Below are positions 39,360-49,297 of a DNA stretch of 64,000 nt, in pieces (the stretch's first letter is position 1; each line of letters begins with the position of its first letter). The position numbers and the translations under genes were made by a program. Origin of the DNA: Candidatus Heimdallarchaeota archaeon (GTDB lineage: Archaea > Asgardarchaeota > Heimdallarchaeia > Hodarchaeales > Hodarchaeaceae); assembly GCA_019057635.1 (NCBI GenBank), contig DXJL01000113.1, forward strand, positions 32,001 to 96,000, in the 5' to 3' direction. The notes under the pieces are model-generated. The model saw only the letters and a program-made list of their open reading frames with translations. It made no database searches and was not told the DNA's origin.

Positions 39360-41015
39360 ATGATAATGTTCAGACAAAACGCTGTTTTAAATGATTTTGT
39401 GAACTTTCTAAAAGCACGTGGTAGATTTCGAGATATTGAATTTATCGATAATAGTGTTCATGCAACTCCACGAATTCCAGATTTTCCTTCGATTGTATTT
39501 TATATTGAAGAAACACGTTCTGAACCAAAACAACAACAATATGTTCTTGAAATCCATGGTAATGAATCGAGTGTCATGAATCGGGAAATTCGAGAATTTT
39601 TTAGTCTGAATAAATTGAATGTTCAGAAAATCCGCTCGAAATTTCATTTGAAAACAGATACTGAGGATGGTATCACTTGTGAAGTTATAGGAATTGGTTC
39701 CTCATTTGATTCTTTTTCTGACCAAATGCAAGCATTATTTAGTACCGCTCAATTAGTACTAGAAAAAACACAAAAAACCTTAATTTTTGGTTCAGAATCA
39801 AAAAAAAAGGATACTGTCAAGCTTAAAAGACCATCACAGGTATCAAATTTATCAAAAATTATAACCAAGCAAAAACAACCTACGATTTCACCAGTAATGC
39901 CTGCTATTAAATCCAAACCTTCTCCTGAAGTAACTACAAGAAATTTTAGTCGGATGAAGCATTCTCCTGTTAAGAATGAATTAGAATATTCAACATCAAC
40001 CGAACGTCCAACGGACGACCCTCGATCAAGTGAGGAAACCAATACACCCCGAGACATTGTCTATATTGAGAAAGAAAGAGATGATTTTATTGAGGAAGAT
40101 TTGTTTAAACCACCAGCTACTAGAGATATCAAATCCGTCCCCGATAATCAGGATCCTGAAGGTGATTCATTTCGGATGGAACCTCCCGATAAATCTTACT
40201 CGAACGATGTCACCCCATATTTAAAACAAACAACTGGATTATTTAGAAAGGATAACTGGGAAGAAGATCTTCCAACAGAAATAGAGATGGAAATCCTAGA
40301 TCGCACCTTCGCTCGAATAAAGCATCGAACAAAACCTGAAATCTTGGCTAAGGATTTAGATGTCCCAATAGAGGAAGCAGAGAAACACTTGAGGAATTTA
40401 ATCTCTAAAGGACTTCTCAGAACTCAAGTTGGTTGGTTTATTATAAAGAAGAGCCATTTGCCTTTCTTTAAGAAGACTTTTTCAGATTCAAATCGAAAAA
40501 AGAAAAAGAAAAAATCTCCTCGAATCTCTCGGACTGGTGAAGGTCTCACTTCAGAAGAAATAGCAACGATAAAAGCAATTAAATCAAGGCCAAATCTGAA
40601 GGCGCAATCAAACTTGTTAACTCGTCCAACTGGATTAAAACAGAGCATTTTAAAAGAAGTTCTAAGAAATTTAGTAGACAAAGGAATCCTTAGAGTTTCC
40701 TATGGATGGTATATTCTTAAAGATAAACATATTTTAGAACAAAAGAGAGGAAGTCTAAGTTCAGATACTTCCACTCCTCCAACACCTGATTTAAAGATCC
40801 CGAAGGGTTTTAAACTTTCAGGTTCTGAAATCCAGGTCATTCAGGCATTATTACAACGTCCCCAATATAAAGCACAATCAAATCTCCTAACCTCCGAAGT
40901 CAAATTATCGAAAGACCAGATTAAACAAGTTCTTAGAGACCTTGTAGAAAAGGATATATGTAAGGTAACTTATGGATGGTACACTTTAAAGAATCCTGAC
41001 CATTTCTTAGCATAA
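39360..41015 (+). CDS. Hypothetical protein with three C-terminal winged-helix repeats
   Basis: Three repeats ending LRNLISKG..VGWF, LRNLVDKG..YGWY and LRDLVEKD..YGWY. Confidence 0.75.
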   Translation: MIMFRQNAVLNDFVNFLKARGRFRDIEFIDNSVHATPRIPDFPSIVFYIEETRSEPKQQQYVLEIHGNESSVMNREIREFFSLNKLNVQKIRSKFHLKTDTEDGITCEVIGIGSSFDSFSDQMQALFSTAQLVLEKTQKTLIFGSESKKKDTVKLKRPSQVSNLSKIITKQKQPTISPVMPAIKSKPSPEVTTRNFSRMKHSPVKNELEYSTSTERPTDDPRSSEETNTPRDIVYIEKERDDFIEEDLFKPPATRDIKSVPDNQDPEGDSFRMEPPDKSYSNDVTPYLKQTTGLFRKDNWEEDLPTEIEMEILDRTFARIKHRTKPEILAKDLDVPIEEAEKHLRNLISKGLLRTQVGWFIIKKSHLPFFKKTFSDSNRKKKKKKSPRISRTGEGLTSEEIATIKAIKSRPNLKAQSNLLTRPTGLKQSILKEVLRNLVDKGILRVSYGWYILKDKHILEQKRGSLSSDTSTPPTPDLKIPKGFKLSGSEIQVIQALLQRPQYKAQSNLLTSEVKLSKDQIKQVLRDLVEKDICKVTYGWYTLKNPDHFLA

Positions 41016-41249
41016 GAAGAAGTGATTATTCAACCTGAAGGACTGTAACAGTAATAAGATTAACTTTCTGATCTTCTTTGTGTTGTATGCTGGCCAAGTT
41101 ATTCGATAAACGAAAAACAATTGTTTTAATAATCTGTTCTTTATGGATAATTGGTTTCCTTATCAAAATTTTCTCAGCATACAAAATAAAATATAAATTC
41201 ACACACCAACGATCATAATTAGAGACAGAGGAATGGAAGTGCTCTGTAA

Positions 41250-42017
41250 ATGACTAGTAATACTGAATTATCTAAAGATCCTAATGAACAGCAATCAAAA
41301 GAGGAGAGAATTCCATTAAAAACAGAAAATACCCCCTCTCCAAAACGTTTTCATAATGATAAATTAATGATTTCAACTCTACTGATTGCAACTCTTATAA
41401 CAATTCTTATTTACACGGTTCCAGATTGGGTTTTTTTGGAAATACCAACACGTAATATTATAAGTGAAATACTTGCCTTTATCGGAATTGAAAATACACC
41501 AATACCAACCTTGGATCCAAATTCAGTAATTCCAGAATTTTTAAAAGGTGGGGAATTTCCCTTTCTTGAAGCAACCACACAAACGCCCGGAATTCACATT
41601 CCATCTACAAATGGCGATTATTGGATAGTGAAAGCATGTACAGGTATGCAAGCAGGAGGATTGCTTTTAGCTATCATCATGATCACTGAAGCTACCTGGA
41701 ACGCTAAGATACGCGCAAGTACTGCATTCTTCATTGCATTATTTATAGGAAATACATTACGAATCACATTCCATCTCTGGTGTGTGTCATTCTTAGTTAC
41801 GCAATTCAATATGGATTCTGAAACAGCATTTTATTGGGCCCATGATGTTTCATCCAAAGTGATTGGCTTTTTTGGTACCATCTTCTTTGCTTTACTCATT
41901 GAAAAAATGGATGTTCCCATCATTGATCAGTTTGCAGATTGGCTTGACTGGATGTGGTGGAGATTGGAAAAAGGTTTCTTATTTTTCAAAGGATTGATCG
42001 TGTCTGATAACAATTAA
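41250..42017 (+). CDS. Archaeosortase/exosortase family protein
   Basis: IVKACTG (Cys), NTLRI (Arg) and AHD (His) in a multi-TM protein. Confidence 0.85.
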   Translation: MTSNTELSKDPNEQQSKEERIPLKTENTPSPKRFHNDKLMISTLLIATLITILIYTVPDWVFLEIPTRNIISEILAFIGIENTPIPTLDPNSVIPEFLKGGEFPFLEATTQTPGIHIPSTNGDYWIVKACTGMQAGGLLLAIIMITEATWNAKIRASTAFFIALFIGNTLRITFHLWCVSFLVTQFNMDSETAFYWAHDVSSKVIGFFGTIFFALLIEKMDVPIIDQFADWLDWMWWRLEKGFLFFKGLIVSDNN

Positions 42018-42238
42018 TATTCCTGGTTGAAAGAAAAAAGAACTAATTGACGTATATTTTTACAATCGAATTTTTTAGCTTGATTTTGATTTGTATTTTC
42101 TTCTATTTTTGTTTGGGAAATTTCAGTTATCTCTCGTAGATAGTAATCTCGATGTAAAACTTCTTAAGTAAATTCGGATTTAGATTACTTGTAATGTTGA
42201 TCAAATCAATCTAGGCATTTATGACAGGAGCTTAGAAT

Positions 42239-42415
42239 ATGAGTGTCAGAAAATCAAAAAAACGTGATGATTCTCCGATGCCTGCCACTGGCGCAGGATT
42301 AATTAGGTTTTATTCCGAATCGGATTCACCAGGGTTAAAAATGGGCCCTTATTGGACTGTTGGACTAGCGATCGCATTTGTAGGACTAATTCTTATCCTA
42401 AATCTGTTCCAATAA
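42239..42415 (+). CDS. secG: Sec61beta translocon subunit, not in ORF track
   Basis: MSVRKSKKRDDSPMPATGAGLIRFYSESDSPGLKMGPYWTVGLAIAFVGLILILNLFQ; AGGAG SD. Confidence 0.92.
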   Translation: MSVRKSKKRDDSPMPATGAGLIRFYSESDSPGLKMGPYWTVGLAIAFVGLILILNLFQ

Positions 42416-42475
42416 CAATAGATAATACATTTTTTGTCGAGTTTCTTTCTACATCATTCTTTAAACTAATAGAAT

Positions 42476-43378
42476 ATGAATTGGCTGAATATAATGAAAG
42501 ACAAGATTCCCCTTTCTGAGATAATGACTAAAAAAGATGATCTTGTTACAATGAGAATTCCTGGTAACAGAGATTTATTAATTGAGGCCATTCGTAAAAC
42601 AGGTTTAAGTGTCTATCCAGTTCTGAAAAAAGAATCAGATGAATTAGTTGGAATTGTATCTAGATCAGATTTATTCAGAAATCCAGATGAAACACAATTA
42701 TCCTTACTTATGAAAAGAGATGTTATCACATTAAAGTCAAGTAACTATGTAATTGATGCTGCAAGGATTTATGAGGAAAATGTTTTCCAGAGAATTCCCA
42801 TAGTCGATGACAATGATGAAAAAATCTTAATAGGCTTAATCGCACGAAATGATATTATTAAGAAAGTAGTCCTTAAAGCGAAAATTCAATTGGACGTTAA
42901 AAACTACTTTAATCCAAATGTTACAACAATATGGGAACAAACACCAGTGAATATCGCAGCGATGATCCTTCGTGTTAGCCATCAAAAGGGACTTCCTGTT
43001 CTAAATGCATCTGGTATGACAGGAATTATTTCTCAGAATGACTTTCTCAAAGTAGCAGAAATATTAGATTCCCAAAGTACAAGTCGGACGGGTCATGGTT
43101 CTGAAAATGATAGTTCATCTTGGGATAGTGAATCTATCTTGATTATTGGTGCCAAAACTCTCACTCTTCCGCGTAACATGAAAGTATGTGATATTATGGA
43201 AGGAAATGTCGAAGTATGTTATACCGGAACCACAATTCATGAAGTTACTAAGAAAATGGTTCAGAAAAATCTTGATCAGATGCCTGTAGTAAATGTAAGT
43301 GGTGAAATCTTAGGAATAATCAATACACGGGATATAATTCGAGCGTATGTTCACGGGTATGATAAAAAAAGAAATTGA
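42476..43378 (+). CDS. Four-CBS-domain protein
   Basis: Repeated PV/PIV...GI....D CBS motifs. Confidence 0.88.
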   Translation: MNWLNIMKDKIPLSEIMTKKDDLVTMRIPGNRDLLIEAIRKTGLSVYPVLKKESDELVGIVSRSDLFRNPDETQLSLLMKRDVITLKSSNYVIDAARIYEENVFQRIPIVDDNDEKILIGLIARNDIIKKVVLKAKIQLDVKNYFNPNVTTIWEQTPVNIAAMILRVSHQKGLPVLNASGMTGIISQNDFLKVAEILDSQSTSRTGHGSENDSSSWDSESILIIGAKTLTLPRNMKVCDIMEGNVEVCYTGTTIHEVTKKMVQKNLDQMPVVNVSGEILGIINTRDIIRAYVHGYDKKRN

Positions 43379-43475
43379 ATTTTCTAATTAACTAAGCATA
43401 TTGAGATTTGACCAGTACTAATATCTACTTTCATTTCAAACCAAAAATCACAATTACCGAAGTTAGAGGTTTATT

Positions 43476-44306
43476 ATGCCTATTCGTAGATCAATCGCTA
43501 TACCTGATTCCGCAGTAAGCGATAATAGCGACATACGTTCTAAAACTGAAAAGCTCTTTCAGTTAAGTCGAATAGCGGCAATTTTCCAAGTCCAGAATAT
43601 CCTAATATATCATAACCCTCTATTAACACCCGCTCGTGCGAATCGTGAAAGAAGAATTATGACACGAATATTAGAATATATTGAATGTCCCCAATATTTA
43701 CGTAAACGATTGTTTCCCCTATCACGAGACACTGTGGCGGTTGGAATACTTTCCCCTTTAGCAATTCCTCATCATGCGAAAACTCGTGACTTAAAACCGA
43801 ATGAAATTCGAGAAGCTGCCATTTTTTTGAATCAAAATCGTGTTGTGGCTGATGTAGGTGGTATAGAACTTCTAGAGGTCGAGGGATGGAAAAAATCCTT
43901 GAAAGAGAAAACGGTTCGTGTCACAGTACAAATACTTAAAGCTAATGGAAAATTTAAAGCTACAATATTAGCTAATCATCCAATAGAAGAATATTGGGGA
44001 TATACAGTTAGTTCGTATCAGCACCCATTAAGTAAGGTTTTATTAAACAGATCTGAATATAAAATTGCTACATCCAGAACATGTGAACGATTTTCTTCTT
44101 TCAGACGAAAGCTAGATCTCAAAAGAGACCTGCTAATTGCCTTTGGAGGACCTTATAGTGGAATTCCAAAAATACTGAAGTCAGAAGGGAAAAAAACAAG
44201 TGATGTCTTCGACACTTGTGTCAATATTTTGGATAACTATGGAACACGTTCATTGAGACTAGAAGAAGCAATGATGATCATGTTTAGTCGTCTAGAGAAT
44301 GATTAA
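43476..44306 (+). CDS. SPOUT RNA methyltransferase (DUF171/MTH1/SPOUT1 family)
   Basis: SIAIPDS, LEYIECPQYLRK.LFP, YWGY.V and R.EEA motifs. Confidence 0.92.
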   Translation: MPIRRSIAIPDSAVSDNSDIRSKTEKLFQLSRIAAIFQVQNILIYHNPLLTPARANRERRIMTRILEYIECPQYLRKRLFPLSRDTVAVGILSPLAIPHHAKTRDLKPNEIREAAIFLNQNRVVADVGGIELLEVEGWKKSLKEKTVRVTVQILKANGKFKATILANHPIEEYWGYTVSSYQHPLSKVLLNRSEYKIATSRTCERFSSFRRKLDLKRDLLIAFGGPYSGIPKILKSEGKKTSDVFDTCVNILDNYGTRSLRLEEAMMIMFSRLEND

Positions 44307-44407
44307 TTCATTGAATTGCTATCGAATATCATTCCCGAAATCTTTAAATTTCCTTCTTATTTGATTTAAACCCGTATGTAAATTGTGTACAATATCCTGA
44401 CTATACT

Positions 44408-44522
44408 GCGGGGGTTCCCTAGCCAGGTCAACGGGGACAGACTCAAGGTTTACTCTCTTTACGAAGTAGATGAAGAGATCTGTTAGTGTAGACTTTCGTG
44501 AGTTCAAATCTCACCCCCCGCA
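44408..44522 (+). tRNA. tRNA-Leu(CAA) with canonical 37/38 intron (~44448-44477)
   Basis: GCGGGGG..CCCCCGC acceptor; ACAGA-CT-CAA-G[intron]A-TCTGT; long variable arm. Confidence 0.92.
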
Positions 44523-44678
44523 CTATAGTGAAAGAATGTTTCAATAGACGATAAGAGTAACTCCGAAAGCTCCTTAAACTAATACATTCGGGAATTAGTC
44601 ATAATTTCCAAAGAGAAGAAGCAAATAATATATTTTGTGAAATAAAATTCAAAACCCAGCCAATTTAGAGGTATCTAA

Positions 44679-45323
44679 ATGAGTACGGAAGATATAATTC
44701 CAGGAATTACACCAACTCGAATGCAGTTGCTTGAACTTAATCAGAGATTGGAGCTAGCAACAAAAGGATATGAACTACTAAGTGAAAAACTTGAGGCCTT
44801 AACTGGAGAACTTCTCACGTCAGTAAATGCCTATAAGGAGCGAAGAGAAAAAGCACTTGAAAAAACAACACTCGCCCAAGATGAGTACAGAAAATTGGAG
44901 CTTCAGCTTGGGACAACCGAATTAAGAGGAGTTGTTTCAAATTTCAAGCAGGTTTACCATTTAGAGAGCAAAAAAAGAAGTTTAATGGGTATTTCAGTTC
45001 CTATGTTTCATCTTATTGATCCTGAATCTGAAAACACAAACAACGCCTCTTATTCGTTGAAACGAACATCAGCCAAATTTGATGAAAATCTGTTTTTGTT
45101 TAAAGATAGTCTTCAAGCAATAATTCAATTATCAGAGGTGCAATCAACTATTTCACGTTTGGCAAAAGAAATCATTGAAACTAAGAGGCGAGTTAACGCT
45201 CTGAACTACATAATAATTCCAAGGATCAAGGCTACGGTCAAATGGATTAGATTAACATTAGCCGAACGTGAGAGAGAGTCTTTTGTAAGATTAAAAAAAG
45301 TAAAGAAGAAAATTTCTGGATAG
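44679..45323 (+). CDS. atpD: A/V-type ATP synthase subunit D (stand-alone)
   Basis: PTRMQL...L.LA.KG..LL..K, TKRRVNAL and ERE.F.RLK motifs. Confidence 0.93.
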   Translation: MSTEDIIPGITPTRMQLLELNQRLELATKGYELLSEKLEALTGELLTSVNAYKERREKALEKTTLAQDEYRKLELQLGTTELRGVVSNFKQVYHLESKKRSLMGISVPMFHLIDPESENTNNASYSLKRTSAKFDENLFLFKDSLQAIIQLSEVQSTISRLAKEIIETKRRVNALNYIIIPRIKATVKWIRLTLAERERESFVRLKKVKKKISG

Positions 45324-45332
45324 AACTTATTT

Positions 45333-46079
45333 TTATTCTCTTGTAATTCTTCCTCTTCTAGGACCAGTTCTACGAGCTGCAATTAAACCGACTTTTCGTC
45401 CCGGGGGAGCATTTCTAGAAACTGTTGTAGGTTGTCCAGGTCCCTGATGAGCACCGCCACCAAAGGGGTGTGAAACTATATTCATGGCTACTCCACGCAC
45501 TACAGGGAATGCTTTGTGGCCTTTTGCCCTCATAAAAGATCTCTTCAATCCAGCTTTTAAAAACGGACGATCAGGTCGACCACCAGCAGAAATGACCCCA
45601 ATCATAGCGCGGGCATTCTTATGAATTTGCCTTGAGTATTTTGAAGGTAGTTGGATAGTTGGTCCTGACTTAGATTGACCACGAACTTGACCGTGTGTCC
45701 CTGACGCTCGACAAAGTGCTCCTCCATCACCAGGTCGCATTTCTATATTACAGATCCATATACCCTCTGGAATTTTGTGAACTGGAACAATATTTCCTAC
45801 TTCTAGTGCTGCGTCTTCACCTTGTTCGCATTTTTGCCCCACATGGACTCCTTCTGGTGCAGGAAGAAGGCATTCATCACCATCTTCATATCGAACGAGC
45901 ATTAATGGAAGACCTCGACCCATCTCATGGATGAAATCGACTATTGTAAATTCAATTTTGCCTGTTGATTCATTATCCTTGATAGGTAAATATCGTGCTT
46001 TACCTCTTCTTCTATGCGACAAAGCACGAAAAACTGGCGATCCACGTCCACGTCTTTGCACTAGTATTCTTTTTCCCAA
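45333..46079 (-). CDS. rpl2: 50S ribosomal protein uL2
   Basis: MGKRILVQRRGRG and VRGVAMN..HPFGGG motifs; TTG start. Confidence 0.97.
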   Translation of the reverse strand: MGKRILVQRRGRGSPVFRALSHRRRGKARYLPIKDNESTGKIEFTIVDFIHEMGRGLPLMLVRYEDGDECLLPAPEGVHVGQKCEQGEDAALEVGNIVPVHKIPEGIWICNIEMRPGDGGALCRASGTHGQVRGQSKSGPTIQLPSKYSRQIHKNARAMIGVISAGGRPDRPFLKAGLKRSFMRAKGHKAFPVVRGVAMNIVSHPFGGGAHQGPGQPTTVSRNAPPGRKVGLIAARRTGPRRGRITRE

Positions 46080-46092
46080 TCATGTCACCTAC

Positions 46093-46368
46093 TTAAATAA
46101 TTCCAACTTCTGTTGCGAGATCTAAAGCACTATTCTCCGGCACTAGTTTAATGAATGCTTTTTTCGTACCTTGTGGTGTAATAAGAGTATTAACTTTCAC
46201 TACAGATACCTTATAGAGTGATTCGAAAGCATTCTTGATTTGATGTTTTGTTGCACGCCGATCAACAATGAAAACAAGAGCATTTTCGTTGATGTTATCC
46301 ATTTTGTTAAAGGCAGATTCTGTGATAAGCGGATATTTAATAATATCATGGGGATGATTGAATTTCAT
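46093..46368 (-). CDS. rpl23: 50S ribosomal protein uL23
   Basis: P.ITE, VNTLI and KKAFIKL motifs. Confidence 0.96.
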   Translation of the reverse strand: MKFNHPHDIIKYPLITESAFNKMDNINENALVFIVDRRATKHQIKNAFESLYKVSVVKVNTLITPQGTKKAFIKLVPENSALDLATEVGII

Positions 46369-46402
46369 TTTACTCCAACCTGGGTTTATTAGTTCTACTA
46401 AA

Positions 46403-47197
46403 TTAGTTGTTCTCCAATTTTTTCAGGTAATCAATAGCAGATTTCGTCCATATTGTAAGTCGTCCTGCATGTGTTCCAGGAGCAAGATGTTCAGTATTAA
46501 GTTGATCAATAAACACAACATCAACACCAGCAATGTTTCTAGCTGCTTGGAGTATTCCACTGTCATTAGCTACTACTAACAATACCGATTTACCATTCTT
46601 ATATTTTCTTCCACGCCGTTTACCCTTTCCTGCACGCACATGTGAATTTCTACGTTTTGCTTTTGCTAGATCGTATGATAATCCTAAACTTTTGAATGCT
46701 GTATGAACATCTTTTGTTTTCTTTAATGACTCAAGATCATCAGTAACGATTAGAGGTAAATAATTTACTTCCTCGATAATGTGTCCCCGTGATTCAACAA
46801 GGACTGGATCAGATGTAGCCGCGATAGCTGAATTTTTTGCTAATTTCCGCTCTTTCTTATTAACTTTTTCAGAGAAATTTTGATTGGCTTCTGGTGGATG
46901 GGTACGTCTCCCACCAACGGCAAATGGTATCAAAGCCGCACGACTTGCTGAGTGAGTTCGAGAACCTTTTACACGTGGAACTCTAGCTGCACCACGTCCC
47001 GTTCCCCAGCTTTCTGCAGACGTACGTTTTCCAGCTCTAGGATCGACACCATAAGGAATCTGTCTATTTCGACGGCTAGCTAGGACCGCTCTCTTTATTA
47101 AATCAGGACGAAATGAAGTTTGAAAAACTTCAGCTAGTTGTATCTTTTCAACTTCTTTTCCTTCAATGTCAAAGACTGGTACCTTTGTAGATTTCAT
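46403..47197 (-). CDS. rpl4: 50S ribosomal protein uL4
   Basis: SAESWGTGRG.ARVPR and LAPG.HAGRL motifs. Confidence 0.97.
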   Translation of the reverse strand: MKSTKVPVFDIEGKEVEKIQLAEVFQTSFRPDLIKRAVLASRRNRQIPYGVDPRAGKRTSAESWGTGRGAARVPRVKGSRTHSASRAALIPFAVGGRRTHPPEANQNFSEKVNKKERKLAKNSAIAATSDPVLVESRGHIIEEVNYLPLIVTDDLESLKKTKDVHTAFKSLGLSYDLAKAKRRNSHVRAGKGKRRGRKYKNGKSVLLVVANDSGILQAARNIAGVDVVFIDQLNTEHLAPGTHAGRLTIWTKSAIDYLKKLENN

Positions 47198-47223
47198 ATT
47201 TTATGCCCAACTCTATTCTTTCA

Positions 47224-48222
47224 CTAGTTTTTTGCAGCAGTGCTGATATAAGTAATTTGTAAATCCTCAATATCGACAGGTTTCAATCTTATTGGATCTC
47301 TTAATCGTATCAATCTTTTTGCAGGACCAGGAACGCTTCCACGGATTAAACAATGACGAGATACTCTACCATAGCGTTTAAATCCATTAGAAGGTGTAAC
47401 TTCCTCACCATCTTCTCCAATTTTTAATATCTGCTTATTATACTCAGTTCTGGTGAAATATCCTAATTGACCAGCCCGAGGTACGGTCCACATAACTCTA
47501 GCGGGATGCCATGGTCCTATACATCCAACAACTCTTCGGCCTTTTCGAGTTTTTCTAGGTAAGATTTTAATACCATGTCTTTTAACAGGCCCTGCAAATC
47601 CTTTCCCTTTTGTAGCTGCATTCACATCTACGAAATCGCTCGCATTGTACACATCGTCTAATGATATTTTTTGATCCAATATCTTTGTTGCGTAATCAAA
47701 TGCTTCAGCAACAGAACCCCCAACTTTAATTTCAATTATATCTGGTTTTTTCTGAGCGAGTCCTGCTTGTCGTGGGAGTGTATGTGCGAGCACTCTAACT
47801 TCAGTGACTTCATTCAGTGATTGTTTCTCCAAACTGATAGCCTGTTTTTTATTTTGCTTGCTTTTAGGGACTTGCAATCGTAATCCAAGGTCTTTTTCAA
47901 TTTTCTCGCCCCAAATTTGGGTACGAACTTTTACTTGGTCTGTTACGGAATCTTTAGAGTAAGTCCTAATACTAAAAATGCCAATAGGAGGTGTTTCAAT
48001 CACAGTTACTGGAACAAATTGCTCTTGTTTATAATATGGAGATCGTCGATCTGTATTAATCAATGCAATATGTGTCATTCCAGCTTTGTAACCAGCAAAA
48101 CCTAATAATCTTGACTCAGCAGATGATGTCCAAGTTCTTATACGAGATGTGTGACGGGTTGTTTTCTTTCGTCGATATCCCAGAGATCCTCTATGTGGTG
48201 CATGTTTTTTTCTGTGACCCAA
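47224..48222 (-). CDS. rpl3: 50S ribosomal protein uL3
   Basis: GYKAGMTH, GCIGPWHP and RAGQ.G motifs; TTG start. Confidence 0.97.
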   Translation of the reverse strand: MGHRKKHAPHRGSLGYRRKKTTRHTSRIRTWTSSAESRLLGFAGYKAGMTHIALINTDRRSPYYKQEQFVPVTVIETPPIGIFSIRTYSKDSVTDQVKVRTQIWGEKIEKDLGLRLQVPKSKQNKKQAISLEKQSLNEVTEVRVLAHTLPRQAGLAQKKPDIIEIKVGGSVAEAFDYATKILDQKISLDDVYNASDFVDVNAATKGKGFAGPVKRHGIKILPRKTRKGRRVVGCIGPWHPARVMWTVPRAGQLGYFTRTEYNKQILKIGEDGEEVTPSNGFKRYGRVSRHCLIRGSVPGPAKRLIRLRDPIRLKPVDIEDLQITYISTAAKN

Positions 48223-48649
48223 AGTTTACGCTCTCCTATCTCTTGATAAGTTTGAATTTTCCTCAATTGAGGATCGTATATGTTTGTAAAAACTAATACA
48301 CGTCCACTTCTTGCTTTTTCGTTGGGGTTTTTTTGTTTTTGTTTTCACTAAGTATTGTTTACTCTATTTCTTGTTAGGATTTAAGGATAAAAAATCACTT
48401 GGAAGGCAAATGGTCAATAACAACACAAAATATAACCAGAAAAAATTGAATTTTCCACTTGTTTTCAGAGAAAGATTCAGATTAAAAATTATCAGACTAA
48501 CTAATAATTTGGATCCATAGATCTTTCATTCTTTGGTTGTATTTATTTTAAAAAATAATTCCTAATATGTATGAAACGAAGAGAAATTATCAAAGGATCA
48601 GAATTTATGTCTGAAAGCACATTTCTCATATGGTAAAAATAAACAAGTC

Positions 48650-49297
48650 ATGGAATTAAGAAAATTGACCATAGAACCATCAACCAAAGACGATATGCCT
48701 CCATCCTTATCATTTGACATGTCGATGCCTCAACTAGTAGTAGAAAAGCCATTAGCATCAGAGATTTTTGAAAACGGGTATTTTGGCCATTGGACATCAG
48801 AGAATACTCTCTGCTTAGAGCCTGAAGAAATCTTATTGCTTCTTGATAGAGGGAGGATAGTCTTAAAATTAAGTGAATCTGATGAAAATATTGCATCTGA
48901 GGATCTAGTTATTCATTTTACAAATCTAAATCCAAATTTTTGGAGTCGCTATTTGGTGTATAAGGATTTACGAAATCGTGGTTATGTGGTAAGCATTGGA
49001 ACTCGGATTACAGCACCCTTTAGAATATATTCAAGAGGGGGAAAACCTGGGGAATCTGTGAGTAAAACAGTTATTTATCCTATTCCTGAAGGTGAAGATG
49101 TTAATCTTGACCTTCTTGATCAAATCGTAAAACAAGCAAAAATTGACAGAAAAAAGTTATTACTATCTGTAATAGACAGGTTAGGTGATGTAACTTACTA
49201 TCAAGCCTCTCAACTAGAACTAGAATATAATAATTTAGAATATGAGTTTAGGGATGAAATTTCTCCTCCTAACAACAGTGATAATGGTGAAGAATAA
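48650..49297 (+). CDS. tRNA-intron endonuclease paralog, likely structural (non-catalytic)
   Basis: YLVYKDLRNRGY and DVTYY retained; catalytic His loop replaced (YSRGGKPGESVS). Confidence 0.8.
   Translation: MELRKLTIEPSTKDDMPPSLSFDMSMPQLVVEKPLASEIFENGYFGHWTSENTLCLEPEEILLLLDRGRIVLKLSESDENIASEDLVIHFTNLNPNFWSRYLVYKDLRNRGYVVSIGTRITAPFRIYSRGGKPGESVSKTVIYPIPEGEDVNLDLLDQIVKQAKIDRKKLLLSVIDRLGDVTYYQASQLELEYNNLEYEFRDEISPPNNSDNGEE

Noticed and set aside
44319-44507. 62-aa minus-strand ORF
   Set aside because: It is antisense to tRNA-Leu(CAA).
48311-48520. 69-aa ORF in the rpl3/endA2 divergent spacer
   Set aside because: It is a low-complexity T-rich sequence with no motif and probably promoter/leader DNA.
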